A DNA stretch of 64,000 bases, from assembly GCA_963766735.1 (NCBI GenBank), contig CAVYBU010000003.1, forward strand, positions 64,001 to 128,000, written 5' to 3'. Origin of the DNA: an uncultured Chloroflexia bacterium (GTDB lineage Bacteria; Chloroflexota; Limnocylindria; Limnocylindrales; CSP1-4). Made by a program: the position numbers and the translations under genes. Shown here piece after piece: positions 34,685 through 45,005 of the stretch. Position 1 is the stretch's first letter. The number at the start of each line of letters is the position of its first letter. The notes beneath the pieces are model-generated. The model was not told where the DNA came from. It ran no database searches and saw only the letters and a program-made list of their open reading frames with translations.

Positions 34685-36838
34685 GTGGCGACGGACGTGC
34701 ATCCCGGCGTTCCCGATGCGCCCGGCCCGGCGGCGCCGGCAGTGTGGCCCGGTCGGCCGTACCCGCTGGGCGCGACGTTCGACGGCGCAGGCACCTCCTT
34801 CACGCTGTTCTCCGAGGTTGCCGACCGCGTCGAGCTGTGCCTGTTCGATGCCGATGGTGTCGAGACCCGGCTCGACCTGCCCGAGACGACCGGCCATGTC
34901 TGGCACGGGTACGTCCCGAGCGTCACGCCTGGGCAGCGGTACGGCTTCCGCGTCCATGGCCCCTGGGATCCGGCGCGCGGCCTGCGGAGCAACCCGGCAA
35001 AGCTGCTCATGGACCCGTACGCGAAGGCGATCGAGGGGTCGGTCGACTGGCACGAGGCGGTGTACCCGTACCGGTTCGGCTCCCCCGACGAGCTCGATGA
35101 CCGTGACAGCGCCCCATACGTTCCCCGATCGGTCGTCATCAACCCGTTCTTCGACTGGTCCGAGGACCGGTCCCCGCGTCGTGACCTGTACCAGGTCGTG
35201 ATCTACGAGACGCACGTCCGCGGGTTCACGATGACGCACCCCGAGATCCCGGAGGCGCTCCGCGGCACGTACGCCGGGCTCGCCCACCCGGCCGCCATCC
35301 GGCACCTCACGTCGCTGGGGGTCACCGCGGTGGAGCTGATGCCGGTCCACCAGTTCATCCACGACCAGCACCTGGTGGATCGCGGCCTGCGCAACTACTG
35401 GGGCTACAACTCGATCGGCTTCCTGGCACCCCACAACGAGTACGCGAGCTCGGGCCAGGCGGGCGAGCAGGTGGGCGAGTTCAAGGCGATGGTCCGCTCT
35501 CTCCACCAGGCCGGGATCGAGGTGATCCTCGATGTCGTCTACAACCACACCGCCGAAGGCAACCACCTGGGCCCGATGCTTGCCTTCAAGGGCATCGACA
35601 ACGTCGCCTTCTACCGGCTGATGAACGACGACCGGCGGCACTACATGGACTACACGGGGACCGGGAACTCCATCAACGTCCGCCACCCGCAGGTACTCCA
35701 GCTGATCATGGACAGCCTGCGGTACTGGGTGCTGGAGATGCACGTGGACGGGTTCCGATTCGACCTCGCCTCGACGCTTGCCAGGGAGCTCCACGACGTC
35801 GACCGCCTGTCTGCGTTCTTCGACCTCATCCACCAGGACCCGGTGATCAGCCAGGTCAAGCTGATCGCGGAGCCGTGGGACGTCGGCGAGGGCGGCTACC
35901 AGGTGGGCAACTTCCCCGTCCTGTGGTCGGAGTGGAACGGGCGCTACCGGGACACCGTGCGCGATTTCTGGCGCGGCGAGCCGGGCGCCATGAGCGACTT
36001 CGCCTACCGCCTGACGGGGAGCTCCGACCTGTACGAGGGCACCGGGCGGCGCCCGCATGCGAGCATCAACTTCGTCACCGCACACGACGGGTTCCCGCTG
36101 GCCGACCTCGTCGCCTACAACGAGAAGCACAACGACGCCAACGGTGAGGACGGCCGCGACGGGGAATCCCACAACCGTTCGTGGAACAGCGGTGTCGAGG
36201 GCCCGACGGATGACCACGGCGTGAACGCGCTGCGGCGTCGCCAGAGGCGCAACATGCTGGCGACCCTGTTCCTGTCGCAGGGCGTGCCGATGCTGCTTGG
36301 CGGCGATGAGCTGGGACGCAGCCAGGGCGGCAACAACAACGCGTATTGCCAGGACGGCCCCCTCTCGTGGTACGACTGGGAGCGGGCCGACGAGGACCAC
36401 CTCGCCTTCACCACCCACCTCCTGGCGTTCCGCCGGGACCACCCGGTGTTCCGCCGCCGCCGCTTCTTCCAGGGCAGGCCGATCCACGGCCAGGGCTTGA
36501 TGGATATCGAGTGGTTCACGACCGACGGTGCGGTGATGGAGGAGGAGTACTGGGGCCAGGACCACGCGCGCGACTTCGGGGTCCTGCTGTCCGGGGACGC
36601 GATCCCGACCCGCGACGAGCGGGGCGAGCCCGTCCGCGATGACACCTTCTACCTGCTGTTCAACGCGCGGAGCGAGGTGGTCCACGCGACACTCCCGCTC
36701 GGCAAGGGCCGGTGCTGGCGGGTGGTCCTGGACACCGGAGCCGACGAGCCCTTTCCGGCCGACGGCCCGTCATTCGCTCCCGGCGAGCGTTTGCGGTTGA
36801 CGGACCGCTCGGTCGTCGTCCTGCAGAGGGTCGAGTAG
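34685..36838 (+). CDS. glgX: glycogen debranching enzyme GlgX/TreX (GH13)
   Basis: NYWGYN, DVVYNHTAEG, DGFRFDLA, AEPWD, HDGF. Confidence 0.95.
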   Translation: MATDVHPGVPDAPGPAAPAVWPGRPYPLGATFDGAGTSFTLFSEVADRVELCLFDADGVETRLDLPETTGHVWHGYVPSVTPGQRYGFRVHGPWDPARGLRSNPAKLLMDPYAKAIEGSVDWHEAVYPYRFGSPDELDDRDSAPYVPRSVVINPFFDWSEDRSPRRDLYQVVIYETHVRGFTMTHPEIPEALRGTYAGLAHPAAIRHLTSLGVTAVELMPVHQFIHDQHLVDRGLRNYWGYNSIGFLAPHNEYASSGQAGEQVGEFKAMVRSLHQAGIEVILDVVYNHTAEGNHLGPMLAFKGIDNVAFYRLMNDDRRHYMDYTGTGNSINVRHPQVLQLIMDSLRYWVLEMHVDGFRFDLASTLARELHDVDRLSAFFDLIHQDPVISQVKLIAEPWDVGEGGYQVGNFPVLWSEWNGRYRDTVRDFWRGEPGAMSDFAYRLTGSSDLYEGTGRRPHASINFVTAHDGFPLADLVAYNEKHNDANGEDGRDGESHNRSWNSGVEGPTDDHGVNALRRRQRRNMLATLFLSQGVPMLLGGDELGRSQGGNNNAYCQDGPLSWYDWERADEDHLAFTTHLLAFRRDHPVFRRRRFFQGRPIHGQGLMDIEWFTTDGAVMEEEYWGQDHARDFGVLLSGDAIPTRDERGEPVRDDTFYLLFNARSEVVHATLPLGKGRCWRVVLDTGADEPFPADGPSFAPGERLRLTDRSVVVLQRVE

Positions 36839-36844
36839 GCGCCC

Positions 36845-39607
36845 ATGCCCGATTCAGGCTCCCCCATCGAGGCGTTCGCAACCGGCCCCCGCCGGGTGGA
36901 TCCGCGCGCCACCTATCGGATCCAGCTGACGCCGGCGTTCACCTTCGACGATGCTGCCGGGATCGCGCCGTACCTGCAGGCCCTGGGGATCAGCCACGTC
37001 TACGCCTCGCCCTACCTGCGGGCGATGCCGGGCAGCCTCCACGGTTACGACGTCGTGGACCCGCGGAGGGTCAACCCGGAGCTCGGCGGCGAGGAGGGCC
37101 ACGCCCGGTTCAGCGCAACCCTGGGACGTCACGACCTGGGCCAGGTGCTCGACATCGTGCCCAACCACATGGCAATCGGGCCGGAGAACCCGTGGTGGTG
37201 GGACGTGCTCGAGAACGGGCCCGCCAGCCGCTGGGCGATGGCGTTCGACGTCGACTGGGCCCACCCGGAGCCACACCTCCGGGAGCGCGTCCTGCTGCCC
37301 GTTCTCGGCGACCACTACGGGCGGGTGCTCGAGGCCGGCGACCTGCGCCTCTCCTGGGATGGGCAGCGGTTCACCGTCCGGTACCACGAGCAGCGCTTCC
37401 CGGTGGCGCCCCGGAGCCTCGACGAGCTGCTCTCCCTCGCCGCCGAGCGGGCGGGCTCGGCCGAGCTCGCGTTCCTCGCCGACGCGTTCGGCGCGCTCCC
37501 GGCCTCGACCGTCGTCGAGCCGACGCTCCGCGAGCGCAGGCACCGCGACAAGGAGGTGCTCGAGGAGCGGCTCGAGGCCCTGGCCGTCGCCGAGCCCGGT
37601 GTCGCCGAGGCGATCGAGGCAGCCGTCGCCGCGACCAACGGCGACGTCGAGACCATGGACAGGATGCTCGAGCGCCAGAACTACCGCCTCTCCTGGTGGC
37701 GGGCGGCGCGCCGCGACCTCGGCTACCGCCGCTTCTTCGACGTGACGACCCTGGTCGGACTTCGGATCGAGGACCCGAGGGTGTTCGCCGAGACGCAGGC
37801 GCTGATCCTCGAGTGGCTCGCGGCCGGGGTCCTCGACGGCCTGCGGATCGACCACCCCGATGGTCTCCTCGATCCGGAGGGTTTCCTGCGGCGGCTTCGC
37901 TGGGCGAGCCCGCGGGCATGGATCGTCGTCGAGAAGATCCTGGAGCCCGGCGAGGAGCTGCGACGGAGCTGGCCGGTTGCCGGGACAAGCGGCTACGACT
38001 TCCTCCGCCGCGCAAACGGGCTGTTCGTGGACCCGGCCGGCGAGGGCCCGCTGACCGACCTGCAGACGCAGGTCACGGGCGAGGACCGTCCGTTCCGGGA
38101 CATCGCCCAGGAGTCGAAGGTGGCCATCCTCGACGAGGTCCTCGGGTCGGAGCTCGGGCGGCTCACGGCGCTCCTGCTCGACGTGCTCGAGCGGCTCCGC
38201 CGCCACCGGGACCACACTCGGCACGACCTGCACGACGCGCTCCGGGCCCTCCTGGTCGCGTTCCCCGTGTACCGGACCTACGTGCGGGTGGAGATCGCGG
38301 ACGATGGACGCCGCCTCACGCAGGTCGCCCCCGAAGACGAGGCGGTCGTGGGCGAGGCGGTCGAGGCCGCGAAGCTCCTCCGACCGGACCTGCCGCCCGA
38401 CCTGTTCGACATCCTCGGCGATCTGCTCCTGCTCCGCCGGCCGGGCGACGAGCTGGAGGAGGAGCTTGCCCTGCGGTTCCAGCAGCTCACGGGACCCGTC
38501 ATGGCAAAGGGCCTCGAGGACACGGCGTTCTACCGCGACCTGCGCCTCCTGGCGCTCAACGAGGTCGGCGGGGATCCGGGGACGTTCGGGACGAGCGTCG
38601 CCGACTTCCACGACGCGAACCGGATGGCGCAGGAGCGCTGGCCCCTCGGGATGCTCACGACCTCGACCCACGACACGAAGCGGAGCGAGGATGTCCGGAC
38701 GCGGCTCGCGGTCCTGTCCGAGGTACCCGACGCGTGGGCGCGGACGGTCTCGGAGTGGCGCCGGATGGGCGACCCGTATCGCACCGACGCAGGCCCGGAC
38801 GGTCACGCCGAGTACCTCCTCTACCAGACGCTGGTGGGCGCCTGGCCGATCGGCATGGACCGGCTCGGCCCCTACCTGTCAAAGGCCCTCCGCGAGGCCA
38901 AGCTCCGGACAACCTGGACCGCCCCAGATGCCGCCTACGAAGCCGCGGTGGTCTCGTTCGCGGAGGGCCTGCTGGGGGACGAGGAGTTCCGCACATCGCT
39001 CGAGGCGTTCATGGGCACGGTCCTCCGCCCGGGTCGCGTCAACTCGCTCGCCCAGCTCCTGGTCAAGCTCACGTCCCCCGGCGTCCCGGACGTCTACCAG
39101 GGGGCGGACCTGTGGGACATGAGCCTCGTCGATCCCGACAACCGGCGCCCGCTGGATGTCGGGATCCGGCATCGGATCCTCGCCGAGCTGACCGGCGATG
39201 GCGGACCCTCGCCCGAGGCACTGGCCGACCGGCTCGACGATCCGGCCGAGCCGGGATCGCCCAAGCTGGCTGTCCTCCGGGCGGCGCTCGCCGTCCGTGC
39301 CCGGGAGCCCGAGGCCTTCGGTCCGTCGGCGACCTACGAGCCGCTGACCGCCGACGGGACCGCGGCCGAGCACGTCATCGGGTTCGTCCGGACCGGCCGC
39401 GTCGCGACGATCGCTCCCCGCCTGACGGTCTCGCTCGGAGGTGACTGGTCCGACACGACGGTCGCCCTGGCCGCCGGTCGTTGGCGGAACGAGCTCACCG
39501 GTGAGGTCCACGAGGTAGGAGACACCCCGAAGTCCGGCCCCCTGCTGGTCGGCGACGTGCTCGGACGGTTCCCGGTCGCCCTGCTCGTCCGCGAGGAGGT
39601 GTCGTGA
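36845..39607 (+). CDS. treY: malto-oligosyltrehalose synthase
   Basis: ATYRIQ, HGYDVVD, DIVPNHM, YRRFFDV, RIDHPDGL, EKIL, STHDTKR, DPDNRRP. Confidence 0.95.
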   Translation: MPDSGSPIEAFATGPRRVDPRATYRIQLTPAFTFDDAAGIAPYLQALGISHVYASPYLRAMPGSLHGYDVVDPRRVNPELGGEEGHARFSATLGRHDLGQVLDIVPNHMAIGPENPWWWDVLENGPASRWAMAFDVDWAHPEPHLRERVLLPVLGDHYGRVLEAGDLRLSWDGQRFTVRYHEQRFPVAPRSLDELLSLAAERAGSAELAFLADAFGALPASTVVEPTLRERRHRDKEVLEERLEALAVAEPGVAEAIEAAVAATNGDVETMDRMLERQNYRLSWWRAARRDLGYRRFFDVTTLVGLRIEDPRVFAETQALILEWLAAGVLDGLRIDHPDGLLDPEGFLRRLRWASPRAWIVVEKILEPGEELRRSWPVAGTSGYDFLRRANGLFVDPAGEGPLTDLQTQVTGEDRPFRDIAQESKVAILDEVLGSELGRLTALLLDVLERLRRHRDHTRHDLHDALRALLVAFPVYRTYVRVEIADDGRRLTQVAPEDEAVVGEAVEAAKLLRPDLPPDLFDILGDLLLLRRPGDELEEELALRFQQLTGPVMAKGLEDTAFYRDLRLLALNEVGGDPGTFGTSVADFHDANRMAQERWPLGMLTTSTHDTKRSEDVRTRLAVLSEVPDAWARTVSEWRRMGDPYRTDAGPDGHAEYLLYQTLVGAWPIGMDRLGPYLSKALREAKLRTTWTAPDAAYEAAVVSFAEGLLGDEEFRTSLEAFMGTVLRPGRVNSLAQLLVKLTSPGVPDVYQGADLWDMSLVDPDNRRPLDVGIRHRILAELTGDGGPSPEALADRLDDPAEPGSPKLAVLRAALAVRAREPEAFGPSATYEPLTADGTAAEHVIGFVRTGRVATIAPRLTVSLGGDWSDTTVALAAGRWRNELTGEVHEVGDTPKSGPLLVGDVLGRFPVALLVREEVS

Positions 39608-41397
39608 CCGCGTTCCGCGTGTGGGCGCCGCGGCCGGAGCGCGTGGAACTGGCGATCGCACCCGCCGGAGACCAGGGCACCGGCGCCGGGACAGCGGGCG
39701 GCAGCGCCCGGAGCGCGTCGCCGGAGCGGCACGCCATGATCCGCGAGGAACGTGGCTGGTGGTCGGTCGACGTGCCTGAGGCGGGCCCGGGGTCGGACTA
39801 CGGATACGTGCTCGACGGGGCCGGCCCGTTCCCCGATCCACGGTCGCCCTGGCAGCCCGGCGGCGTCCACGCCCTGTCGCGGACCGTGGACCACGCCGCG
39901 TTCCCCTGGTCCGACCGCGGCTGGGAGGCACCTCCGCTGTCGGACGGGGTGATCTACGAGCTCCACGTCGGGACGTTCACGCCCGCCGGGACGTTCGAGG
40001 GGGCGATCGAGCGGCTGGACGACCTGGTCGAGCTCGGCATCAGCCACGTCGAGCTGATGCCCGTCGCCGAGTTCCCGGGCGATCGCGGCTGGGGCTACGA
40101 CGGGGTCGACCTGTTCGCCCCACACCACGCGTACGGCGGCCCGGAAGGCCTCAAGCGGCTCGTCGACGCATGCCACGCCCGCGGCCTTGCCGTGCTCGTC
40201 GACGTCGTCTGGAACCACCTCGGGCCGGACGGCAACTACCTCGGGCGCTTCGGGCCGTACTTCACGGATCGATACCACACCCCCTGGGGCGAGGCGGTCA
40301 ACTTCGACGGACCGGGATCGGACGAGGTCCGCGACTTCGTCATCGACAACGCACGGACGTGGCTCGAGGACTACCACGCCGACGGTCTCCGGATCGACGC
40401 CGTGCACGCGATCTTCGACCAGTCCGCCACGACGATCCTGGAGGCGGTGGCCGCGGCGGTCCACGTGCTCGGCGATCGCCTCGGACGGCGGCTCGTCGCC
40501 ATCGCAGAGAGCGACCTCAACGACCCCCGCCATGTGCGCGAGGTCGACCGGGGGGGCTACGGGCTCGACGCCCAGTGGAACGACGAGTTCCGCCATGCGC
40601 TTCACGTCGCGCTGACCGGCGAGTCGGACGGGTACCACGCGCAGTACACGGGCATCGAGGACGTGGCGACCGCCCTCCGGCAGGTGTTCGTCTTCGACGG
40701 GCGCTACTCCGCGTTCCGCGATCGATCCCACGGCCGGCCCGTCGGTGATCTGCCGGCGACCCGTTTCGTCGGGTTCCTGCAGAACCACGACCAGGTCGGG
40801 AACCGGGCCCTTGGGGATCGCATCGGTCACCTGGTGGTGCCGGAGGCGCAGCAGACCGCCGCGGCGCTGGTCCTGCTCGGGCCGTTCGTGCCGCTGCTGT
40901 TCGCAGGGGAGGAGTGGGCTGCGTCCAGCCCGTTCCAGTACTTCACCGATCACCGGGACGAGGTGCTCGGCTCCGCGGTGCGCGAGGGCCGTCGTCGGGA
41001 GTTTCCGGACTTCCTGCGCGACGGGATCGAGATCCCGGACCCCCAGGCGCCGGCGACATTCGAGCGCTCGCGACTCGACTGGGCAGAGCGGTCGCTCGAG
41101 CCCCACGCCTCGATGCTCGCCTGGTACCGCCGCCTGATCGCGTTCCGGGCAGAGCACGACGAGCTGCGCGACGGCAACCGCCCGATCGTGACCGTCAACG
41201 TCCAGGACAGCTGGATCGTCATGGCCCGGACGCGGCTGTGGGTCGTCGCCAACCTGGGTCCAGCCCCGCGAACCGTCCCGCTGGAGGACGGCCGGCCGTG
41301 GCGGATCGTGCTCGCGTCCGACGACGCGATCGCACTGGCCGGGGCCGCCGTGGCCCTGCCGGGGTGGTCGATGGCGGTGGTCGAGCCCGCGGGCTGA
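39604..41397 (+). CDS. treZ: malto-oligosyltrehalose trehalohydrolase
   Basis: FRVWAP, YELHVGTF, WGYDG, RIDAVH, QNHDQVGNR, GEEW. Confidence 0.95.
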   Translation: MTAFRVWAPRPERVELAIAPAGDQGTGAGTAGGSARSASPERHAMIREERGWWSVDVPEAGPGSDYGYVLDGAGPFPDPRSPWQPGGVHALSRTVDHAAFPWSDRGWEAPPLSDGVIYELHVGTFTPAGTFEGAIERLDDLVELGISHVELMPVAEFPGDRGWGYDGVDLFAPHHAYGGPEGLKRLVDACHARGLAVLVDVVWNHLGPDGNYLGRFGPYFTDRYHTPWGEAVNFDGPGSDEVRDFVIDNARTWLEDYHADGLRIDAVHAIFDQSATTILEAVAAAVHVLGDRLGRRLVAIAESDLNDPRHVREVDRGGYGLDAQWNDEFRHALHVALTGESDGYHAQYTGIEDVATALRQVFVFDGRYSAFRDRSHGRPVGDLPATRFVGFLQNHDQVGNRALGDRIGHLVVPEAQQTAAALVLLGPFVPLLFAGEEWAASSPFQYFTDHRDEVLGSAVREGRRREFPDFLRDGIEIPDPQAPATFERSRLDWAERSLEPHASMLAWYRRLIAFRAEHDELRDGNRPIVTVNVQDSWIVMARTRLWVVANLGPAPRTVPLEDGRPWRIVLASDDAIALAGAAVALPGWSMAVVEPAG

Positions 41398-41541
41398 CGG
41401 CGGCTGCCTTCATGCCAGCCTGCATCTTCGCCTGATGGCTCGCGATCCGGCCGGCGAACGGGACCGCACTGTCCGTCGCCCCCGGGGTCGCCGACGAGCG
41501 TTGGCCACGTCTGGTTCCCCGAGCACCGCTACCATCCGCTG

Positions 41542-42156
41542 ATGCGCCTGATCCCCTGGGAAGAAGACCGCCTCGCGATCTTCGCCGCCGCCGAGCTGGC
41601 CCGCCGCCGCCGGGCAACCGGCCTGTCCCTCAATCACCCCGAGGCCGTCGCCGTCATCTGTGACGCGATGCTCGAGGCCGCCCGCGCAGGCGCGACGTAC
41701 GCGGAGGTGGAGGCGGCTGGGTGCGCCGCGGTGGACCCGGATGACGTGCTGGGCGGAGTCCGCGAGCTGCTGGACGAGGTCCGTCTGGAGGTGCTCCTGG
41801 GCGACGGGTCGCGGCTGATCGTGCTCAGAGATCCGCTGGACCGGGGAGTGCCACCCGACGCTTACGGCCCGGGCGCCCTCGTGATCGGCGACCAGCGGGA
41901 CGTGGAGGTGAACATGGGGCGCGAGACCGTCGAGCTGGCGGTCACCAGCCGCTCCCGGCGCCGCATCCGGATCTCCTCGCACTACCCGTTCCACCGCGTC
42001 AACCAGCGCCTGGAGTTCGATCGCACCGCCGCCGAAGGCTACCGTCTCGACATTCCGGCCGGGGGCCACGTGGGCTGGGAGCCGGGCGAGACGAAGACGG
42101 TTCTCCTCGTGCGCTACGCCGGCACACGCGGCCGGAGCCCCGGGGCCGCGCGATGA
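41542..42156 (+). CDS. fused urease gamma/beta subunit
   Basis: MRL.P.EEDRL, LNHPEA (gamma); SHYPF...N..LEFDR..A.GYRLDIPAG (beta). Confidence 0.85.
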   Translation: MRLIPWEEDRLAIFAAAELARRRRATGLSLNHPEAVAVICDAMLEAARAGATYAEVEAAGCAAVDPDDVLGGVRELLDEVRLEVLLGDGSRLIVLRDPLDRGVPPDAYGPGALVIGDQRDVEVNMGRETVELAVTSRSRRRIRISSHYPFHRVNQRLEFDRTAAEGYRLDIPAGGHVGWEPGETKTVLLVRYAGTRGRSPGAAR

Positions 42157-43871
42157 TCCGCCTCTCCGCCGTGGAATACCGGGAGCGCTACGGGCCCACC
42201 ACGGGCGACCGGATCCGGCTGGGAGACACGGACCTCTGGATCCGCGTGCAGGAGGACCGCACCGCGCCCGGCGACGAGCCGATCTGGGGCTATGCCAAGA
42301 ACCTCCGGATGCGCATGGCGCAGACCGAGGGGCCCGCGGGACCGTCCGAGCTCGATTTCGTCATCGCCGGCGCGCTCGTCGTCGATCCCGTCATCGGCGC
42401 CGTCAAGGCGGACATCGGCATCAAGGACGGCAGGATCGCCGGTATCGGGCGCGCGGGAAGCCCCGAGATCAGCGATGGCATCGACCTGGTCGTCGGCCCG
42501 CACACCAAGCCGTACATGGCCTACGGGATGATCGTCACGCCGGGCGCGGTGGACTCGCACGTCCACACCATCAGCCCGGAGCTGCTCCCGGCGGCCCTCG
42601 CCGCGGGCGTGACCACGTTCATCACCGCCGGGTTCGAGGAGCCGCCGTACGCGATGGAGCGGGTGCTGGCGGGGCTCGAGAGCTGGCCGGTCAACGTCGC
42701 GATGCAGGCGGGCGCCCGGGCCATCGAGGACGGGCACCTGGACGCGCTGCTCGAGGCCGGTGCGGTGGGCTTCAAGATCCACGAGGACAACGGCGCCGAC
42801 CCGGACCTCATCGACCACGTGCTGCGGTACGCGGACCTGCGCGACGTCTCCGTGAGCCTCCATACGGACGGCCTGCACGAGTCCGCCGAGCTGGAGGACA
42901 CCGTCGCGGCCATCGCCGGGCGCACCGTCCACGCCTACCACGTGGAGGGGACGGGAGGCGGGCACGTGCCGGACCTGCTGGGACTGGTCCGCGAGCCGTC
43001 GATCCTGTGCTCGTCCACCACGCCCACGCTGCCGTTCGGCGTGCACGCGGCGGTGGAACACCTGCCGATGACGGTCCTGAACCACGGCCTGTCCTGGAAC
43101 GTTCCGGGGGACGTGGCGCTCGTTCTGGAGCGCATCCTGGAGGCCCGGATGGCGGCGGAGGGGCCGCTGCACGAGCTGGGGGCGATCGGGATCATCAACA
43201 GCGACTCGCAGGGGATGGGGCGCATCGGCGAGACGGTGCGGCGGGCTTTCCAGCTGGCGCACGTGATGAAGGCCTGGCGCCGTTCCGGGGCTGCCGACGG
43301 GTTGCCGGGCCTGCCCGATGATGACGGCCTCCTGGACCCCGACGATCGGGACGACACGGCGCGCGTGCTGCGCTACCTGGCGAAGGTGACGATCGAGCCC
43401 GCGATCACGCACGGCATCTCGGACCATGTCGGGTCGCTACAGGTGGGGCGGCTGGCGGACCTCGTGATATGGAAGCCCGGGTTCTTCGGCGTGAAGCCCG
43501 AGTGGGTGTTCAAGGGCGGCTTTCCGGCCTGGGGACCGCTGGGCGATGGGAACGCGTCGCTGGAGCGCACGGAGCCAACCCGGTACCGGCCGGACTGGGC
43601 CGGGATCTCCACGGCCGCGCCAAAGGTCACGGTCACCTTCGTGGCACCCGGGATCGATCGCGTGGGACTGGCACGGCGGCTGGGAACCCGGCGGGCGCTG
43701 CTCCCGGTCCACGGCCTGCGCGGGCTGACGCGTTCCTCGCTGCACGCCAACCGGGCCACGGCGCCGGTGGAGATCGACGTGCGGACGGGGGCGGTGTCCC
43801 TGGGCGGGCGGACGCTGGCCGTGGACCCGGTGACGGAGGTCCCGCTCAGCCGTCGCTACCTGCTGCGGTAG
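42153..43871 (+). CDS. ureC: urease alpha-subunit homolog (divergent)
   Basis: YGPTTGDRIRLGDT, DSHVH, FKIHED, HTD, HAYHVEG.GGGH, SDSQ.MGR. Confidence 0.85.
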   Translation: MIRLSAVEYRERYGPTTGDRIRLGDTDLWIRVQEDRTAPGDEPIWGYAKNLRMRMAQTEGPAGPSELDFVIAGALVVDPVIGAVKADIGIKDGRIAGIGRAGSPEISDGIDLVVGPHTKPYMAYGMIVTPGAVDSHVHTISPELLPAALAAGVTTFITAGFEEPPYAMERVLAGLESWPVNVAMQAGARAIEDGHLDALLEAGAVGFKIHEDNGADPDLIDHVLRYADLRDVSVSLHTDGLHESAELEDTVAAIAGRTVHAYHVEGTGGGHVPDLLGLVREPSILCSSTTPTLPFGVHAAVEHLPMTVLNHGLSWNVPGDVALVLERILEARMAAEGPLHELGAIGIINSDSQGMGRIGETVRRAFQLAHVMKAWRRSGAADGLPGLPDDDGLLDPDDRDDTARVLRYLAKVTIEPAITHGISDHVGSLQVGRLADLVIWKPGFFGVKPEWVFKGGFPAWGPLGDGNASLERTEPTRYRPDWAGISTAAPKVTVTFVAPGIDRVGLARRLGTRRALLPVHGLRGLTRSSLHANRATAPVEIDVRTGAVSLGGRTLAVDPVTEVPLSRRYLLR

Positions 43872-43921
43872 CGTCCCGCCAGCGGGGACGGCGGCGTCGA
43901 CGGGCCCGGAAGTCGCGACGC

Positions 43922-44974
43922 CTACCAGATGTCCCCGACCGTGAACCCCTCGGGGAACGGGTCCGTGGGATCCACGACGTATGACGCGAAGCCCGTGATC
44001 CACGCCGTGCCGGTGATGGACGGGACGATGGCGGCACGCTCACCCACGGCTGTCTCCGCCTCCACCCGTCCAGCGAACACCGTGTCCAGGATGCTCTCGT
44101 GGCGGAACTCCTCACCCAGGCGGAGGCGGCCCCGTGCGTGCAGCGTGGCCATCTTTGCGCATGTCCCGGTCCCGCACGGAGAGCGATCCAGGACGCCGGT
44201 CCACGTGGACGGATCAGACCAATCGAGCGTTCGCGTGGAGACCGTCGTGGCGTTGCGCCACGAGTTGCGTGGGTCGTGCGGTGGACCGGACAGCTGGCCG
44301 ATGGTGATGCCGGCGAACCCGGGCTGCTCGGGGTGGACGACCGGGAGCTGCTCCGCTGCCGCCGCCTTGATCATCTCTGTGACGCGGGTGATGTCGCGAC
44401 CCTCGTCAGGGACAAGCCGAAAGCCGAGCGCCTCCGCGTCCGCGATGACGTGGAACATGCCGCCGTACGCCACGTCCACGGTCACCGTGCCCAGCTCCGG
44501 CACCTCGATCGGCGCGTCCAGGTGTGTGGCGAACGCCGGGACGTTGCTGAACGTGACACCGGTGACCTTGCCTCCGGCGCAGGTGGCGCGGATCCGGATC
44601 AGGCCGGCGGGCGCCTCCAGGACGATCTCGGTCACGGGTTCGTGCATCGGCAGCATGCCCGTCTCGAGCAGCGCGGTGGCGACGCAGATCGTGTTGGACC
44701 CGGACATGCCCGGGTACTCGACGTGCTCCATGATCACGAACCCCGCATCGGCGTCCGGCTGCGTGGGCGGCAGGATCACGTTGGCGCACAGGGCGGGGTA
44801 GCCGCGCGGCTCGCGGAGCAGGAGGCGCCGGAGCGAGTCGCCGTGGTGCTCGAGGTGCTGCGCCTTGTCGAACATGGTGGCGCCGGGGACGTCCAGCACG
44901 CCCCCGACGACGACGCGCCCCGGCTCGCCTGCCGCATGCAGGTCGACCGCCTGGATCATCCGCGCGAGCCGCAT
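43922..44974 (-). CDS. proline racemase / hydroxyproline epimerase superfamily protein (Ser/Cys catalytic pair)
   Basis: DLHAAGEPGR, LREPRG, MSGSN, DVAYGG, DRSPCGTGT; AAGGAGG SD. Confidence 0.88.
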   Translation of the reverse strand: MRLARMIQAVDLHAAGEPGRVVVGGVLDVPGATMFDKAQHLEHHGDSLRRLLLREPRGYPALCANVILPPTQPDADAGFVIMEHVEYPGMSGSNTICVATALLETGMLPMHEPVTEIVLEAPAGLIRIRATCAGGKVTGVTFSNVPAFATHLDAPIEVPELGTVTVDVAYGGMFHVIADAEALGFRLVPDEGRDITRVTEMIKAAAAEQLPVVHPEQPGFAGITIGQLSGPPHDPRNSWRNATTVSTRTLDWSDPSTWTGVLDRSPCGTGTCAKMATLHARGRLRLGEEFRHESILDTVFAGRVEAETAVGERAAIVPSITGTAWITGFASYVVDPTDPFPEGFTVGDIW

Positions 44975-45005
44975 CCGGCGTCCTCCTTGATCCCGTCGGG
45001 CGGCC

